Source: Candidatus Nanopelagicales bacterium | GTDB taxonomy: Bacteria; Actinomycetota; Actinomycetes; S36-B12; GCA-2699445 | Assembly (NCBI GenBank): GCA_030700225.1 | Contig: JAUYJT010000052.1 | Coordinates: 3,084-67,083 of the forward strand | Reading direction: 5' to 3' | DNA length: 64,000 nt | Shown: in pieces, positions 63,268-64,000 of the stretch | Position numbering within the stretch: the first letter of the stretch is position 1 | Layout of the letters: each line of letters opens with the position of its first letter | Position numbers and translations under genes: made by a program | Notes under the pieces: generated by a model | What the model saw: only the letters and a program-made list of their open reading frames with translations | Told to the model about the DNA's origin: nothing | Databases searched by the model: none

Positions 63268-63798
63268 CTACGAGCGGCTGCATTTGCCGACTGAGCCGGG
63301 CCCGCACGGCCTGCCATCGACCCAAATCGCCCACACCAGGTCTGCCCCGGACAGGTTCGCCCCGGAGAGGTTCGCCCCGAACAGGTTCGCCGCGCCCAGG
63401 TTCGCCCCGGAGAGGCTCGCCCCGGACAGGTCCGCCCCGGAGAGGTCCGCCCTGAACAGGTTCGCCCCGGTCAGGTTCGCTCCGACCAGGTTCGCCCTGA
63501 CCAGCTTCGCCCTGACCAGCTTCGCCCCGGTCAGGCTCGCCCCGGTCAGGTTCGCCCAGTTCAGGCTCGCCCCGGAGAGGTCCGCCTCGGACAGGTCCGC
63601 CCCGGTCAGGTCACAGTCGATAAGGTTCGCTTTGGGTGTCTTGGGGACGTCCGAGCAGTCCCTCAGGCCTGGAGCCGACGAGGCCGTAGGCCCGCTGGCC
63701 TCTCGGAGTGGTTCGGTGTCGGTTGGCGCGGCGCACGCACCCAGCGCCAAAGCCACACCAACACCAACCGCCGCGATTCCCGTTAGCTTCATGCGCAT
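63268..63798 (-). CDS. pentapeptide-repeat lipoprotein paralog 3 (20 repeats)
   Basis: [16 protein letters not shown] signal peptide and lipobox, the same caps, and 20 pentapeptide units including AKLVR x2. Confidence 0.85.
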   Translation of the reverse strand: MRMKLTGIAAVGVGVALALGACAAPTDTEPLREASGPTASSAPGLRDCSDVPKTPKANLIDCDLTGADLSEADLSGASLNWANLTGASLTGAKLVRAKLVRANLVGANLTGANLFRADLSGADLSGASLSGANLGAANLFGANLSGANLSGADLVWAIWVDGRPCGPGSVGKCSRS

Positions 63799-63870
63799 AC
63801 GCGCAGTGTCTCACCAGTCACTCGCTGTCGCAAGCCTTGGAAAGGACTCGTCAGTTGCGACCCGGCGGTT

Positions 63871-64000
63871 GTCACCCGCCGCACGTCCTGCCATCGACCC
63901 AAATCGCCCAGGCCAGGTCACAGTCAGACAGGTCCGCTCGTGGCGCAATTGTGATAGTCGAGCGGTCCTTCAGGGCCGCAGCCGGAGGCCCGCCGACTCT
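63871..64000 (-). CDS. pentapeptide-family paralog 4, 3' part only (5' end outside window), repeat array collapsed to 2 units
   Basis: The minus-frame translation ...[42 protein letters not shown] keeps the N-cap and C-cap with no repeats between them. Confidence 0.6.

Noticed and set aside
62582-63455. Plus-strand ORFs rich in SPR/GSPR repeats (62582-63055, 62617-63294, 63261-63455)
   Set aside because: They are the reverse-complement reading of the pentapeptide repeats. The minus-strand frames carry signal peptides, lipoboxes and caps, and are the real genes.
62600-63620. Periodic short repeats that could superficially look like a CRISPR or satellite array
   Set aside because: The period is 15 bp with no spacers and sits entirely inside open reading frames. 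It is explained by the A(D/N)LxG coding repeats.

Overview
GC-rich, densely coding chromosomal window from an actinobacterium. The assignment rests on the Pup-proteasome genes prcB/prcA/pafA, rbpA, the lnt-ppm1-fxsA block, and the gcvP/MerR/BFN/FtsR-like/FHA/gcvH block. I support about 60 protein genes, many translationally coupled through ATGA/GTGA overlaps. I saw no rRNA, tRNA, CRISPR array, transposase or integrase.

Gene content by region:
- 1-13.6 kb: conserved core (proteasome, helY, pcm, M24 peptidase, acyl-CoA dehydrogenase, lnt, ppm1, fxsA, rbpA).
- 13.6-25.2 kb: a more accessory-looking block (secreted unknowns, MoxR/VWA pair, GDPD, DHOD-like enzyme, APC permease, PEBP, DUF4189, GH25 lysozyme, CBM2-only protein). 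It is bracketed by two copies of a structured intergenic repeat.
- 25.2-35.4 kb: glycine-cleavage and cell-division-regulator synteny block, plus a nucleotidyltransferase/phosphomutase-like fusion coupled to a CDP-alcohol phosphatidyltransferase.
- 35.5-49 kb: ABC-like/YhgE-Pip pair, kup, ldhA, and a two-component system with a membrane/EEP/hydrolase operon.
- 49-59 kb: a 2-hydroxyacid oxidation cluster joined to an orphan cytochrome b operon and a PAS histidine kinase system.
- 59-64 kb: a kinase-like/flippase pair, then four tandem exported pentapeptide-repeat lipoprotein paralogs with 7, 25, 20 and 2 repeats.

Most interesting candidates:
- the pentapeptide lipoprotein array, which shows signs of ongoing repeat expansion and a lost start codon;
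- the orphan cytochrome b / FAD oxidase / TPP enzyme operon;
- the ABC nucleotide-binding protein with all catalytic motifs degenerate, coupled to YhgE/Pip;
- the fusion enzyme whose phosphohexomutase-like half lacks every catalytic signature;
- the duplicated palindromic intergenic element.

All functional calls come from motif recognition by eye. No database search was run.
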